Positions 9,931 through 19,381 of a DNA stretch of 64,000 nucleotides are shown piece by piece. The stretch lies in assembly GCA_041749335.1 (NCBI GenBank), contig JBGTBM010000010.1, positions 142,039 to 206,038 of the forward strand, given 5' to 3'. This DNA is from Patescibacteria group bacterium (lineage in GTDB: Bacteria > Patescibacteriota > JABMPQ01). Below the pieces are notes generated by a model, which saw only the letters and a list, made by a program, of their open reading frames with translations, was not told the DNA's origin and searched no databases. Within the stretch, counting starts at the first letter, position 1, and each line of letters opens with the position of its first letter. A program made the translations under genes and the position numbers.

Positions 9931-9957
9931 TTAGCACTCTATCATATAGAGTGCTAA
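9931..9957. promoter_or_regulatory. CIRCE operator (TTAGCACTC-N9-GAGTGCTAA), perfect consensus, upstream of hrcA.
   Basis: The string ttagcactc tatcatata gagtgctaa was read directly from the sequence. Confidence 0.95.
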
Positions 9958-9999
9958 TATCATTATATTTTATAAAATTGTACTGTCAAGAGAAATTTT

Positions 10000-10872
10000 T
10001 TAAAAAACCAATATCTCCCACCATGGCTTATCAATGTGTTTTATCAATCCCTTTTGGGCATCGTATGTTACCAACATATTAGTTTTAATCGGTATTATCC
10101 ACAGTATTTTTCCATCAATACATCCATCAATTTCATAAATCGCTTCTCCTTCGTCAATTTGCAAATTTATGCTATTTTCTTGAAATTTTTTATAGCGCGT
10201 CTTTACTTCACGCAAAGCATAAGATGGAAGTTTGTTAATTTCTTCAGCCTGCTTTTCTTCCCGGTTGAAAATAAAAAGCTTGCCGTCTTTAAGCTCAATT
10301 GCGGATTTGGTTTTAGCGATAATTCCGTCGCTATTAAGAGTAATTATATTTTCATTAATATTTTTAATAATTTTTATTCGATCTGAATTATAACCGGAAA
10401 TTGCCAATTCTAATATTAAGCTTTCAACGTCCATATTTTGCAGATTTTCAATTTCCAATACCTGATTGTCAAAATTTATTCCGGCATCAATTATTTCCGG
10501 ATCTATCTTTATATTTCCTAAATAATTATCATTAACCGGAATAATCAGGTCTAAGCCTAGCCTGGGCAAAATTTCCGGAGCAACTTTAATTATATTAACT
10601 CCGGATCTCACAAAAGTTTGTACATCTCCCGTTTTAACCGCCTCCATGGCGTTAATAATATCAATAAATTGATTACCGAATATTTTCTCCCAATTTTTAA
10701 TTTGCTGATCAGCTCCCGCTTCAATAAATTCAGGCAGTATTGGCGGAGTAGAATCTTCAATAACATTATCATCCGCAAAAGCAAAATTTAAAACAGTAAT
10801 TAACATCACCGATACCAACAAGGCAAATATTTTTATCCTATTCTTCATAAACGCCTGAATAAATACCTTCAT
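10000..10872 (-). CDS. Hypothetical secreted protein (N-terminal signal peptide).
   Basis: Signal-peptide-like N-terminus (IKIFALLVSVMLITVLNFAFA). No recognisable motifs. Confidence 0.5.
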   Translation of the reverse strand: MKVFIQAFMKNRIKIFALLVSVMLITVLNFAFADDNVIEDSTPPILPEFIEAGADQQIKNWEKIFGNQFIDIINAMEAVKTGDVQTFVRSGVNIIKVAPEILPRLGLDLIIPVNDNYLGNIKIDPEIIDAGINFDNQVLEIENLQNMDVESLILELAISGYNSDRIKIIKNINENIITLNSDGIIAKTKSAIELKDGKLFIFNREEKQAEEINKLPSYALREVKTRYKKFQENSINLQIDEGEAIYEIDGCIDGKILWIIPIKTNMLVTYDAQKGLIKHIDKPWWEILVF

Positions 10873-10944
10873 AAAATACTAATTTTTTTAATCAGCATAA
10901 GCGGTCCTGTATATTTATTAATTTAAATAATTTTTATACAACCT

Positions 10945-11016
10945 TAGCCTCAGGGGGAATCGAACCCCCGTTTGATGGATGAGAACCATCTGTCCTAACC
11001 ATTAGACGATGAGGCC
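10945..11016 (-). tRNA. tRNA-Glu (anticodon CUC).
   Basis: Manual fold: acceptor GGCCTCA/TGAGGCT (G-U at 1:72), anticodon loop TTCTCAT, T-loop GGTTCGATTCC. Confidence 0.8.
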
Positions 11017-11125
11017 ATATATATTTTATAAACCCCATCTTCAACAGACGGGGTATTTTAAATCCTATCAAATAAATCTCGAGTGCCAAATAATATCCGA
11101 AGTAATGATAAAACTCAAGCCAGCT

Positions 11126-12175
11126 TTAATTTTGCTTATATTTAGAGCGAATAAATATATATATAAAAGCCGAAGCTATTAAGGTTAAAACTAAAATAAT
11201 TGTGGTAAATTGGGGAATAACAGCTTCGGTGCCATCAGTGCGCCATAACTCGCCGCATGATTTTTCATTATAGGTGCCGACATATAAATATTTTCCATAT
11301 ACTATCATGGACATCATGGCAATATTATTTTTTAAGCCAAATCCGCTCTGGCTTACTCGACTCCAGGCGCTTAAATCATTATTAAATCTCCACACTTCTC
11401 CCCCGCTCTCTTCGTTCCAGGTTCCAAAAAATAACTGCCCGCGAAATATTTCCATCGAATAAATGCCGATATTATTTATGTCATTTATTCCATTTCCGAT
11501 TATTTTATTCCAATTATTACTATCATATTTCCACAGCTGGGCTCCATTTGTTTTATTTAAAGTTCCTGCGTATAATCTTCCCTGATGCTCTTTTATAATC
11601 GGAATAGCGGTGTTATTTTTATCTCCAAAACCGTCTCTAATTTCATTATTTATGTTACTGCCGTCATATGAATAAATTCTCCCGCCGTCAACTTCATTTA
11701 TGGTGCTAATATATAATTTATTGTTTAGTTCTTCCATCGACATAAATTCTATATTGTTGGTTGAATCAATGCCCGAATTTACTATCAAATCCCAATTACT
11801 TCCATTGTGAACCCATAATTCTGCCCCCTGAGAAATATTCTTAGTACCAACATATAGCCGATTTTTAAACACAATCATTGAAGAAATTGAAGTATTATTG
11901 GCATTCCCTAGGCCACGATCCGCTATTTCTTCCCATCTAAACCCATCAAATCTACGAATTTCCGCCCCATCCAAAGAATTTTCAGCTCCGGAATATAAAT
12001 AATTTTTATATACTGCCATTGATTGAAAATTGATTGCCTTACTCTCTTGGGCGCTAATTTTATTCCAGCCGCCCGAAAAAAAGGCAGTAAATATTATTGC
12101 GCTTATTATAAATAATACAAAGACAACATAATAAATATCGATCTTCAACATTCTTTTTTTGATTTGTGCAATCAT
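11126..12175 (-). CDS. Repeat (beta-propeller-like) surface protein with a C-terminal TM anchor (..AVIPQF + TM + RSKYKQN).
   Basis: Reiterated ~45-aa blades (KN.LY.GT.N...GAELW). N-terminal TM/signal. C-terminal hydrophobic helix plus basic tail. Confidence 0.55.
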   Translation of the reverse strand: MIAQIKKRMLKIDIYYVVFVLFIISAIIFTAFFSGGWNKISAQESKAINFQSMAVYKNYLYSGAENSLDGAEIRRFDGFRWEEIADRGLGNANNTSISSMIVFKNRLYVGTKNISQGAELWVHNGSNWDLIVNSGIDSTNNIEFMSMEELNNKLYISTINEVDGGRIYSYDGSNINNEIRDGFGDKNNTAIPIIKEHQGRLYAGTLNKTNGAQLWKYDSNNWNKIIGNGINDINNIGIYSMEIFRGQLFFGTWNEESGGEVWRFNNDLSAWSRVSQSGFGLKNNIAMMSMIVYGKYLYVGTYNEKSCGELWRTDGTEAVIPQFTTIILVLTLIASAFIYIFIRSKYKQN

Positions 12176-12181
12176 AATTTA

Positions 12182-13516
12182 TTAGTTTTTAATTTTTTTC
12201 ATGCCAATATCATTTTCCACATCCTTGCTTGTTTCTACTCTCATTTCTTTATCGGGAAATATGTAGCCGTTCTTGGTGGGAATAATATTGCTATTTATTT
12301 CGTCTCCGATTAAAAACCCATAGCGTCCATCTGCTTTTGTGATATAGGCTTGCATCAATCTGCCATAGGTAGTATCAAAGATTCTCACTACCGTATTTGG
12401 CAACGCTCTAAAGCTCTGAACATCATAAACCTTGCCCCATGGCTTAATTTTTCTTCCCATTGCCAGCCTTCTAAATAATAACAATATCAACACGTGCGCC
12501 ATCAACAACAGATAAGTAAATAAGCCCGGATTAAGAATGAAGCTGGTAAGTCCCAACATCGGTCCCAGATAAGCGATAACTTTATTCGCCGTTTTAAATC
12601 TGCTCCTCCAAATAATCTTATTATTCCTTTTTCTCTGGGCCTCCTCATCTAACTTATTAAAATCTTCCAATGTAGCAATGTCTGTTTTCATTTTTGCTCC
12701 CACGTCACCGGTAGCGACATAACCCGCTAGCGGATCAAGCGGAATATTATATGCAATAAATCCTTGATCATCTTCTTTTTCTTTTCCGATTTGAAATTCT
12801 TCGCCGTGATATAAATTATCAAATTCTTTGTCTTTAATTTCGGCGGCCATAATTTTAGTTGGAAATTTATAGCCATGTTTAGTTACCGTCACATAATATT
12901 TACGATTGAAATCAACAATTAATAAATATTTTCCTTCCAAATTGGTTATTTTTGTTTCAACTAATTTTTTTGTTTCAGCGTCAAATAAACGCACTACGGC
13001 CAAATCCACCGGCTGCTTAGTTAAAGAATCATAAACAACACCCCATTTTCTTTTCTTTTTACTGAAGTATAAAAATGGTTCAGTCAGCAGTTGCCAAAGA
13101 TACATAAGATATGGCAGTAGTGATGATAATGATATTATAGACAATAAATTAGCTAAGGCCAGAAGTACGAAGGCCATGGCCGCATATGGACTTTGCAGCC
13201 GATAAATTAATTGCTGTTGAAAGGGCAGCTCTCCGATTGGAATTTCTTTAGTGCCCAATTTTTTCCAGTCTTTGCCGTCAAAATACCAAATTTCTCCCCC
13301 GGCTAAATTAAGCGTACCGATATAAAGCTTACCTTTAAATACCGCCATGGAATTTATGCCTTCATTGGTACCGCTATCGCGGCATCCCCAAAATACCCTT
13401 TGCCAAAGTAATTCCTGAGATTGAGCCTTGATGTCGCAGGGCAATAAATTAAACAAAATTGCCAACGCAAAAAACAAAGAAAAAACAAGCAATATTTTTT
13501 TATGAAGCCTTTTCAT
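12182..13516 (-). CDS. Hypothetical multi-pass membrane protein with one propeller-like blade and CarboxypepD_reg-like beta-sandwich domains.
   Basis: Signal peptide, KLYIGT..GGEIWYFDG blade, several TM stretches. VVYD..VRLFD.. and VYDV..VRIFD.. modules. Confidence 0.45.
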   Translation of the reverse strand: MKRLHKKILLVFSLFFALAILFNLLPCDIKAQSQELLWQRVFWGCRDSGTNEGINSMAVFKGKLYIGTLNLAGGEIWYFDGKDWKKLGTKEIPIGELPFQQQLIYRLQSPYAAMAFVLLALANLLSIISLSSLLPYLMYLWQLLTEPFLYFSKKKRKWGVVYDSLTKQPVDLAVVRLFDAETKKLVETKITNLEGKYLLIVDFNRKYYVTVTKHGYKFPTKIMAAEIKDKEFDNLYHGEEFQIGKEKEDDQGFIAYNIPLDPLAGYVATGDVGAKMKTDIATLEDFNKLDEEAQRKRNNKIIWRSRFKTANKVIAYLGPMLGLTSFILNPGLFTYLLLMAHVLILLLFRRLAMGRKIKPWGKVYDVQSFRALPNTVVRIFDTTYGRLMQAYITKADGRYGFLIGDEINSNIIPTKNGYIFPDKEMRVETSKDVENDIGMKKIKN

Positions 13517-13599
13517 TTAATAATTTATTCGATATATCTTTAATATATAATACTACTTTTTACTAAAATGTAAAATATATAATAATTAAATTTGTATTT

Positions 13600-14889
13600 C
13601 TATTCTTTCAGCCATTTCTTTTCCTGCCTAACGATTAATTCAGCTGCTCGTAGCGGATCTGCCATAATTTCTTTAACAATTTTTTCCATTCGTAGCGCCT
13701 GTGAACCTTTTACTAAAATAATGTCATTTGATCTAAGAACGCTATTTTGAATAAATTTACCGGCCTGACTGGAATCAGTAAAGTAATAGATTTTATCAGA
13801 GCTAATTCCGTTTTTCTGCGCCGCTTCTGCTATATATTGCGCATCCTGCCCCACCGCAACAAGAATATCGGCCGACTCAGATACAACTTGCCCAATTTTT
13901 TTGTGCGCCTCCTCCGACTTTATTCCCAGTTCTTTCATATCTCCCAATATTGCAATTTTCCTCCCGCCGGCAGAAAGCTTCTGTAAAAGATTAAGAGCTG
14001 CTTGGGTAGAATCGGGTGAAGCATTATAAGTATCATCAATAATCGTAGTTCCTTTAATACCGGCAATAATATTTAATCTCCCTTTCGGCGGCCGTAATTT
14101 TTTGATAACTTCCGCTATTTCAATTAAATTCATATCAAAGATTAATCCACAGGCGACTGCGGCCAAAGCTGCATAAATTTGATGTTCAGCTAGTATATAT
14201 GGCAACCTGACGGGCAATGAGCTTTTCTCATAATGTAGCTTAAAAGACAACCCCCTGATGCCGTCGTCCAGCATTAATTCCTTTGAATCCAGCAGCACGT
14301 TATCCGCTTTAATTTCGGCACTGCCTGATAATCCAAATCCCACAATTTTTTGGTTAATTTTGGGCAGATACTTTTTGATTATTTGGTTATCGTGATTTAT
14401 AATAGCAGCGCCGTTTTCGGGTAACTGTTTTATAATTTTTAATTTTTCCTTGGCTAGTTCTTTAACGCTATTAAAATTTTCCAAATGTACCGGTATTTCA
14501 GATATTGCTGTAACTATAGCTATATCCGGTCGGACAAAGCTTAACAAATAATCCATATCATGCGGTTTATCAATCCCCATCTCCAATACTAAAATTTGGG
14601 GATAATTGGTTTTTATTAATTTAAAAATCGATTTAATAAAAATTATTATCCAACCAATAATAGATCTGCCGGCCGTTTTTTCTCCCAAGATAGTAAGCGG
14701 TACGCCAATTTCATTATTATAGTTATTAATATTACTTCTAACCTGATATTTTTTGCTTAAAACTATATTTACCGCTTCTTTGGTGCTGGTTTTACCCACA
14801 CTCCCCGTTATTCCCACCACCTTGGGGCGATATCTCTTTAAGGTAAGAATAGCTAGCTTCTTTAATATTTTTTCTAATAAATTTTTCAA
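13600..14889 (-). CDS. murF: Mur ligase family protein, probably UDP-MurNAc-tripeptide--D-Ala-D-Ala ligase MurF.
   Basis: GITGSVGKTSTKE P-loop. Mur ligase middle and C domains. dcw cluster position. Confidence 0.75.
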   Translation of the reverse strand: MKNLLEKILKKLAILTLKRYRPKVVGITGSVGKTSTKEAVNIVLSKKYQVRSNINNYNNEIGVPLTILGEKTAGRSIIGWIIIFIKSIFKLIKTNYPQILVLEMGIDKPHDMDYLLSFVRPDIAIVTAISEIPVHLENFNSVKELAKEKLKIIKQLPENGAAIINHDNQIIKKYLPKINQKIVGFGLSGSAEIKADNVLLDSKELMLDDGIRGLSFKLHYEKSSLPVRLPYILAEHQIYAALAAVACGLIFDMNLIEIAEVIKKLRPPKGRLNIIAGIKGTTIIDDTYNASPDSTQAALNLLQKLSAGGRKIAILGDMKELGIKSEEAHKKIGQVVSESADILVAVGQDAQYIAEAAQKNGISSDKIYYFTDSSQAGKFIQNSVLRSNDIILVKGSQALRMEKIVKEIMADPLRAAELIVRQEKKWLKE

Positions 14890-14903
14890 TTTTTTTTATT
14901 ATT

Positions 14904-16634
14904 TTATTCAGTAGGCGAAATTTGATAATAGCGCAATATCTCTTCAGCTATCTCTTTAAATATCGGCGCAGCCGTAGAAGTTGCCCACACATTGCCTCCG
15001 GGATTATCAAATTTTACCAGCATGACAAATTGCGGATCTTCAACCGGGCCAAAACCGATAAAGGTAGCAATTTTTTTATTGGGATCGTATCCAGGCTTAT
15101 CTTGATTGGGAACCTGGGCGGTACCCGTCTTGCCGGCAATTTTATATCCATTAATTTTAGCTGTTGTGGCATGGCCATTTTCTACCACTGAGACCATCAT
15201 AGCCGATGCGGTCGCTGCTACCGATGGCGAGATTACTTCTCTGGCTTCCTTCGTTCCGATTACCTCCTCGTCGCCATTGGCCCGGATAATCTTTTTTACC
15301 ACATGGGGCTGAATAAGTTTCCCGCCGTTTGCGATAGCGGCGGTTGCAGTCACTAAGCGCATTGGAGTAGTCACTAATCCCTGTCCAAAAGTAATAGTGG
15401 CTTGATCAGCGTCGCTCCAACTTTCATAATCAGAAATACTTACCGGCACCTCTACATCCAGATCCACTCCAGATAAATCATTAAAGCCGAATTTATCAAG
15501 ATATTTATAGATATTTTTCGCTCCCATTTTTTGTCCGACCTTAACCATGCCGACGTTAATGGATTTTTCTAATATTTCCGTCATGGTAACCTCGCCGCTG
15601 CTTAATCCGTCGGAATTGCGAATTGTAAATTCATCAACTTCTATCGCTCCGTTGTCAACCATAGTGGAATCGGGAGAAACCAGCCCTAAATCCAGAGCGG
15701 ATGTCATAATAATCGGTTTGAATACCGACCCGGGCTCATATAAATTATAGATCGCCGAATTACTGAAAACGCCAATATCTTCTACTTCTGAATACTTATT
15801 TAAGTCAAAATTCGGATAGTTGGCCATAGCGATTATTTCGCCGGTATATGGCTGCATAACAATTACTGTTCCATTTTCTGCACCAAATTTTTCCACGCCT
15901 TCCTTAAGTTTTTGCTCAACTTTAAATTGGATATAGCGGTCCAGCGTCAATACCAAATCATCTCCGTCCCGCGCCCGATTAAGCACTTCATCTCCAATTG
16001 AAATAAATCGGCCGGTCGGATCTTTTTCAGTTGATAAATATCCTTCTTTGCCTGATAAAAGATCATTATAATAACCCTCAATGCCATATCTGCCTCTTTT
16101 TTCATCACCGACATAACCCACAAATCCCAAAACGTGAGAAGCAAAATCTCCATCCGGATAAAAACGCCAATCTTCCGGCTGAAAACGAATTCCCTCCAGA
16201 TCTCTATTTTTTATCTCTTCAATTTTATCATCGGTTACGCGACGCTTTATTGATTCGTATAAATCTTCTTGCTTGGATATTTTTTCCAATATTTCTTCTT
16301 TGGGGATTTCTAAAATTTCTTCAAGCGCTACAGCTACTTTTTCCGTATCTTTGATCTGTTTGGGAATCGCATAAACCAAATTCAATCTTTTATTTATCGC
16401 CAGGGGATAAAGATTTTTGGTAAATCGATCTTCAATATAAATTCTGCCTCTTTCCGGCACCAGCTCTTCATACATTTTTTGCTGATCAGAGGCCAAAGCT
16501 AAAAAGTAATTATGCTTGATAACCTGAATATTAAACAATCTAAATACAATAATAATTGCAAAAATAATAGTTGCAATAATCAATAGATCATTTCGAGAAA
16601 TGGATTTTTTATTTTTTTCCTGGTTTTTTATCAT
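14904..16634 (-). CDS. ftsI: Penicillin-binding protein transpeptidase (FtsI/PBP2-like).
   Basis: N-terminal TM. SVFKP (SxxK), SxN and KTGTA motifs. dcw context. Confidence 0.85.
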   Translation of the reverse strand: MIKNQEKNKKSISRNDLLIIATIIFAIIIVFRLFNIQVIKHNYFLALASDQQKMYEELVPERGRIYIEDRFTKNLYPLAINKRLNLVYAIPKQIKDTEKVAVALEEILEIPKEEILEKISKQEDLYESIKRRVTDDKIEEIKNRDLEGIRFQPEDWRFYPDGDFASHVLGFVGYVGDEKRGRYGIEGYYNDLLSGKEGYLSTEKDPTGRFISIGDEVLNRARDGDDLVLTLDRYIQFKVEQKLKEGVEKFGAENGTVIVMQPYTGEIIAMANYPNFDLNKYSEVEDIGVFSNSAIYNLYEPGSVFKPIIMTSALDLGLVSPDSTMVDNGAIEVDEFTIRNSDGLSSGEVTMTEILEKSINVGMVKVGQKMGAKNIYKYLDKFGFNDLSGVDLDVEVPVSISDYESWSDADQATITFGQGLVTTPMRLVTATAAIANGGKLIQPHVVKKIIRANGDEEVIGTKEAREVISPSVAATASAMMVSVVENGHATTAKINGYKIAGKTGTAQVPNQDKPGYDPNKKIATFIGFGPVEDPQFVMLVKFDNPGGNVWATSTAAPIFKEIAEEILRYYQISPTE

Positions 16635-16707
16635 ATAATAAAGGCTCTTCTGGAATAACTTCGCTGCATTTAGATCTGTCTCGCATGTTCGGCTCCATAT
16701 CGCAGAA

Positions 16708-17076
16708 TTATCTGTTGGCCGCCACGATTGTTCCGCCGGTTTTCTTTAAATAAACAACCGAGTCAGATTTAACCATATTAAGCTTTTCGACTGACTCGTC
16801 AATATTATCAAAAGATCTCAGCTCCGCCGCCTTTATTTCAAGTTTTTTATTTTCTTCCTTCAATTCATTAGCCACGCTTCTTAATTCTGTAATCTCATAC
16901 CCCTTGGTAGATGATTGGAATAATTGCGCCAAAAACATAAAACCAATAAACGCAAACGTGGCAGCCGCAATTACCACAAATGTTACCGGTCCGATTCTAA
17001 AATTTTTCGGCAAAGTTTTTTTTCTAATGCCTCGTTTCATGGTTTTTGAATTTGTGATTGTTAGATAAGCTGACAT
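16708..17076 (-). CDS. ftsL: Cell-division protein FtsL-like (single TM plus coiled coil).
   Basis: Small bitopic protein between rsmH and ftsI. Confidence 0.55.
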   Translation of the reverse strand: MSAYLTITNSKTMKRGIRKKTLPKNFRIGPVTFVVIAAATFAFIGFMFLAQLFQSSTKGYEITELRSVANELKEENKKLEIKAAELRSFDNIDESVEKLNMVKSDSVVYLKKTGGTIVAANR

Positions 17077-17087
17077 GGCGTTTTTGT

Positions 17088-18014
17088 TTAAATTTTTATT
17101 ATTGCTCTTAATTTTGCGCTTCTGCCTTTTCTATTGCTTAAAATTTCAGATTTGGAAGCAGTCAGCGGTTTTTTTGTAATTATTTTTAATCTTTTTTTAT
17201 GATCGCATTGGCACTGCAAAGCGTCGTCGGGACAAATACAATCTCTGGCTTCTTTTTGAAAATATTTTTTAACGATTCGATCCTCCAGTGAATGATAAGA
17301 TATCACCACCATCCGGCCTGATGGCCTTAATATTTCCAGCGCTTGCGACAAAACTTGGTTTAGATTTTCCAGCTCATTGTTCACCGCGATCCGAATAGCT
17401 TGGAATACTTGTGAAATTAATTTAACGTTGGTCTTATTTATTTCTTTTTTTCCTAAAACCGACCGGGTTAAATCTAAAGTACTGGCAATCTTTATATTTT
17501 TACGATAATCAATAATTTTTTGCGAAATTCTCTCCGCGCTCCTAACTTCACCGTATTTTTCCAAAATATTTTTTAAATCATTCGCAGAGATTCCTTCAAT
17601 ATAATCCTTAGCGCTAACCGGGATTTTTTCCCCCAAGCGCATATCTAACTCGCCTTCCAAGCGATAAGAAAATCCTCTGCCGGGAGATTTCAACTGGTGA
17701 TAAGAAACGCCTAAGTCCAGTAAAATTCCACTAATATCAGTAAATTTATTTACCTGAACAATATTTTTTAAATCAGCAAAATTTCCTTGAACAAAAACCA
17801 TTCTTTCTTGAAATCCTTTTAGCCTATCTCTGGATTCATCTAGGGCCTCTTGATCCAAATCGATTCCCAGAACCCTTCCACTGCCATTTTTTTTTAAAAT
17901 TTCCTCAGCATGTCCGCCGCCGCCAAGCGTACAATCAATAAAATTTTCGTTCGGTTTCGGATCCAGCAGCCTGATGGCCTCTTTCAACATGACCGGTTCA
18001 TGATATTGCGACAT
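17088..18014 (-). CDS. rsmH: 16S rRNA (cytosine1402-N4)-methyltransferase RsmH (MraW).
   Basis: HEPVML..IDCTLGGGGHAE SAM-binding motif. Follows mraZ. Confidence 0.9.
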   Translation of the reverse strand: MSQYHEPVMLKEAIRLLDPKPNENFIDCTLGGGGHAEEILKKNGSGRVLGIDLDQEALDESRDRLKGFQERMVFVQGNFADLKNIVQVNKFTDISGILLDLGVSYHQLKSPGRGFSYRLEGELDMRLGEKIPVSAKDYIEGISANDLKNILEKYGEVRSAERISQKIIDYRKNIKIASTLDLTRSVLGKKEINKTNVKLISQVFQAIRIAVNNELENLNQVLSQALEILRPSGRMVVISYHSLEDRIVKKYFQKEARDCICPDDALQCQCDHKKRLKIITKKPLTASKSEILSNRKGRSAKLRAIIKI

Positions 18015-18022
18015 AATTTTTT

Positions 18023-18454
18023 TTATACGTCCAACTCGCCCAAAGCCTCAGCGATTTTATTGGAAGCTTTTTCCGTATTTCTCTTGTATACTTCCCATTT
18101 ACTTTCGTCCCAAATTTCCAATCTATTTAATAATCCGGCGATCACGGTATTTTTTGATAAACCGGCAAATTTTCTTAAATAATCGGGAACAATGATTCGG
18201 CCCTGTTTATCAATTTCAACATCCATGGCTCCTGCCAGCATCAAGCGTGAAAATGCGCGGGTATTAGACTGGCTGATCGGCAAACGAGACAGCTTTTCCG
18301 CCATCTTGTCCCATTCTTTTTTGGTATATAAAAACAAACAATTATCTAAACCGCGGGTAACAATTGCCCCGTCTCTTAATTCGCGGCGAAACTTAACGGG
18401 AACCGCCAAGCGCCCCTTTTGATCGATTTTGTGGCTATACTCTCCGATAAACAT
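18023..18454 (-). CDS. mraZ: Transcriptional regulator MraZ.
   Basis: MFIGEYSHKIDQKGRLAVP and duplicated DxxxR-like halves. Confidence 0.9.
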   Translation of the reverse strand: MFIGEYSHKIDQKGRLAVPVKFRRELRDGAIVTRGLDNCLFLYTKKEWDKMAEKLSRLPISQSNTRAFSRLMLAGAMDVEIDKQGRIIVPDYLRKFAGLSKNTVIAGLLNRLEIWDESKWEVYKRNTEKASNKIAEALGELDV

Positions 18455-18626
18455 AGCTTTTTATTTATTACCCACATATCCCCACATTCTTCCACTTTTT
18501 CCTACTGTGATGTCATTATACACCATAAATATGCACTGTCAATCAAACCGACTCTGAACAATAGCCATATTCATCAAGCAGCATTACTTGATTTATTTCC
18601 CCAATATAAGCCAACAATGGATTAAA

Positions 18627-18656
18627 TAAAAAACTGCGATTCTATTTCGCAGTTTA
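18627..18656 (-). terminator. Intrinsic terminator (ACTGCGA-loop-TCGCAGT flanked by A-run and T-run, bidirectional) after the 18681 gene.
   Basis: Perfect 7-8 bp stem plus T-tract on the - strand. Confidence 0.6.
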
Positions 18657-18680
18657 ATTTATAAAGTTATCAACAGTTAG

Positions 18681-19241
18681 CTATATTTTACCGATTAAAT
18701 TAATTTTATTGTTATTAATAATCGACAGCAAAAATTGGTCTCCCAAATCATTGCGGTATTTAAACTCATTTTCATCCATAACGGTATAATCAATATCATG
18801 CCCCTGGATTTTTTCAATTTCTTTAATAAGGCTTACCAGTTTCGGCTTCTTGACATTTCCCACAACCAGCAGATCAACTTTGGCCGGAGACTTTGTAAAA
18901 GATCCGGTTAGGCAGGCATATTTGATATCTCCAACTTTATTAAGCTTGATAATAATTTCATCTTTGGGCGCCGCAGTCGCTTTGACAAATAAAGCCTTAA
19001 GTTCGCTCAATAAATCAAAATTTTTATCCACATAAAAATATTTTTTTAGATCTTTTTTTTCGCTTTTTAGCAAGCCGATTTTTGATAAATTATCCAACTC
19101 GCGTCGAATTGAATTAATTCTCTCGTCTAATTTTCTGGTTAATTGTCTGACATAATACTTTTCGTTGGGATTTTTAAGAAATAATGTCAGTATTTTTATT
19201 CTAGCCTTAGAGCAAAAAAGATTTTCTAACGGATTTTTCAT
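18681..19241 (-). CDS. Hypothetical protein with N-terminal winged-helix-like region and a possible minimal nucleotidyltransferase-like segment.
   Basis: ARIKILTLFLKNP..YVRQLTRKL HTH-like segment. CLTGSFTKSPAKVDLLVVG. Weak. Confidence 0.35.
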   Translation of the reverse strand: MKNPLENLFCSKARIKILTLFLKNPNEKYYVRQLTRKLDERINSIRRELDNLSKIGLLKSEKKDLKKYFYVDKNFDLLSELKALFVKATAAPKDEIIIKLNKVGDIKYACLTGSFTKSPAKVDLLVVGNVKKPKLVSLIKEIEKIQGHDIDYTVMDENEFKYRNDLGDQFLLSIINNNKINLIGKI

Positions 19242-19381
19242 ATAATTATTATTTGATCAAGTTATTTATTCAAATTGTATTCTAATAAATTTATCGCCCG
19301 ATTGTCAACAACTTAATTATTTCCTTCACTTTATTGCAAAATTGATATAAAATTATATAATAATCATAGATTATAATCAAT

